From the human T2T-CHM13v2.0 reference genome, Homo sapiens, in assembly GCF_009914755.1 (NCBI RefSeq), contig NC_060927.1: 64,000 nucleotides of DNA. One strand, given 5' to 3'. Every line of letters starts with the position of its first letter. Position 1 is the stretch's first letter. A model generated the notes under the pieces. That model was not told where the DNA came from. It was given only the letters and a program-made list of their open reading frames with translations, and searched no databases. Below are positions 63,490-64,000 of the stretch, one piece after another. Position numbers and translations under genes: made by a program.

Positions 63490-64000
63490 TACTAAATTAA
63501 TATACATGAATTAACATCTACCATGTTTCTAGCTGCTTTATGTTGCACTCATTATTTCTTTTAAATCCCTCTTTTCTGTCTTCTCTGGTTTCAGCTGAGC
63601 ATTTTATTTTGTTCCATTTTATCTCCTCTCTTTACATATATACTTCCTTTTGAAATTCAGTGATTGTCCTAGAGTTTCCAATATGCATTTTAACCTTCAG
63701 ATAACACTATACCACTTCACATTGTCTAAGAAAATCTTTCTCTTTCATATTTGAAGGTTAATTTCACTGAATATGGAATCCTAGGTTGGCAGGGTTTTCC
63801 TTTAAACATTTAAAATATTTCACTTTACTCTTCTTGCTTTCATGGTTTCTGGTAAGAAGCCTACTATAATTTTTATTCCTATTCCTCCATAGATAAGGTG
63901 ATTTTTCCCTCTGGCTTTTTTCAGATTTTCTTTTTAAATTCTACAGTTTGAATATGACATGCCTAGGTGTAGTTTTTTGTTGTTGGGATATTTATCCTGC
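63490..64000 (-). mobile_element. Old L1M ORF1-region fragment
   Basis: actctcttgctttcatggtttctggtaagaag-type antisense ORF1 motifs. Confidence 0.7.

Overview
This is human-like (great-ape/human) genomic DNA that I recognise as the 3q21.3 interval. It contains the last, catalytic exon of CHST13 (+), the complete 3-exon CDS of C3orf22 (-, 141 aa) and the spliced 133-aa orphan ORF TXNRD3NB (-). The rest is repeat-rich, presumably intronic to TXNRD3NB and running toward TXNRD3, which lies outside the window. Splice sites and reading frames of all three genes were checked against the sequence. Repeats include many Alus, old L1M fragments (two with inverted architecture), a near-full-length L1PA inside a Tigger1, three nested ERV1 LTRs, MaLR LTRs, MER1B, MER3, a 3'-truncated 5S rRNA retrocopy and long CA-rich tracts. 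I found no convincing new biological system. The best leads are a uORF just upstream of the C3orf22 start, strong unexplained minus-strand splice sites that suggest a read-through/antisense transcription chain across the locus, and the orphan TXNRD3NB ORF beside a triple LTR nest. Gene names, known variants and repeat subfamily names come from memory and need database confirmation.
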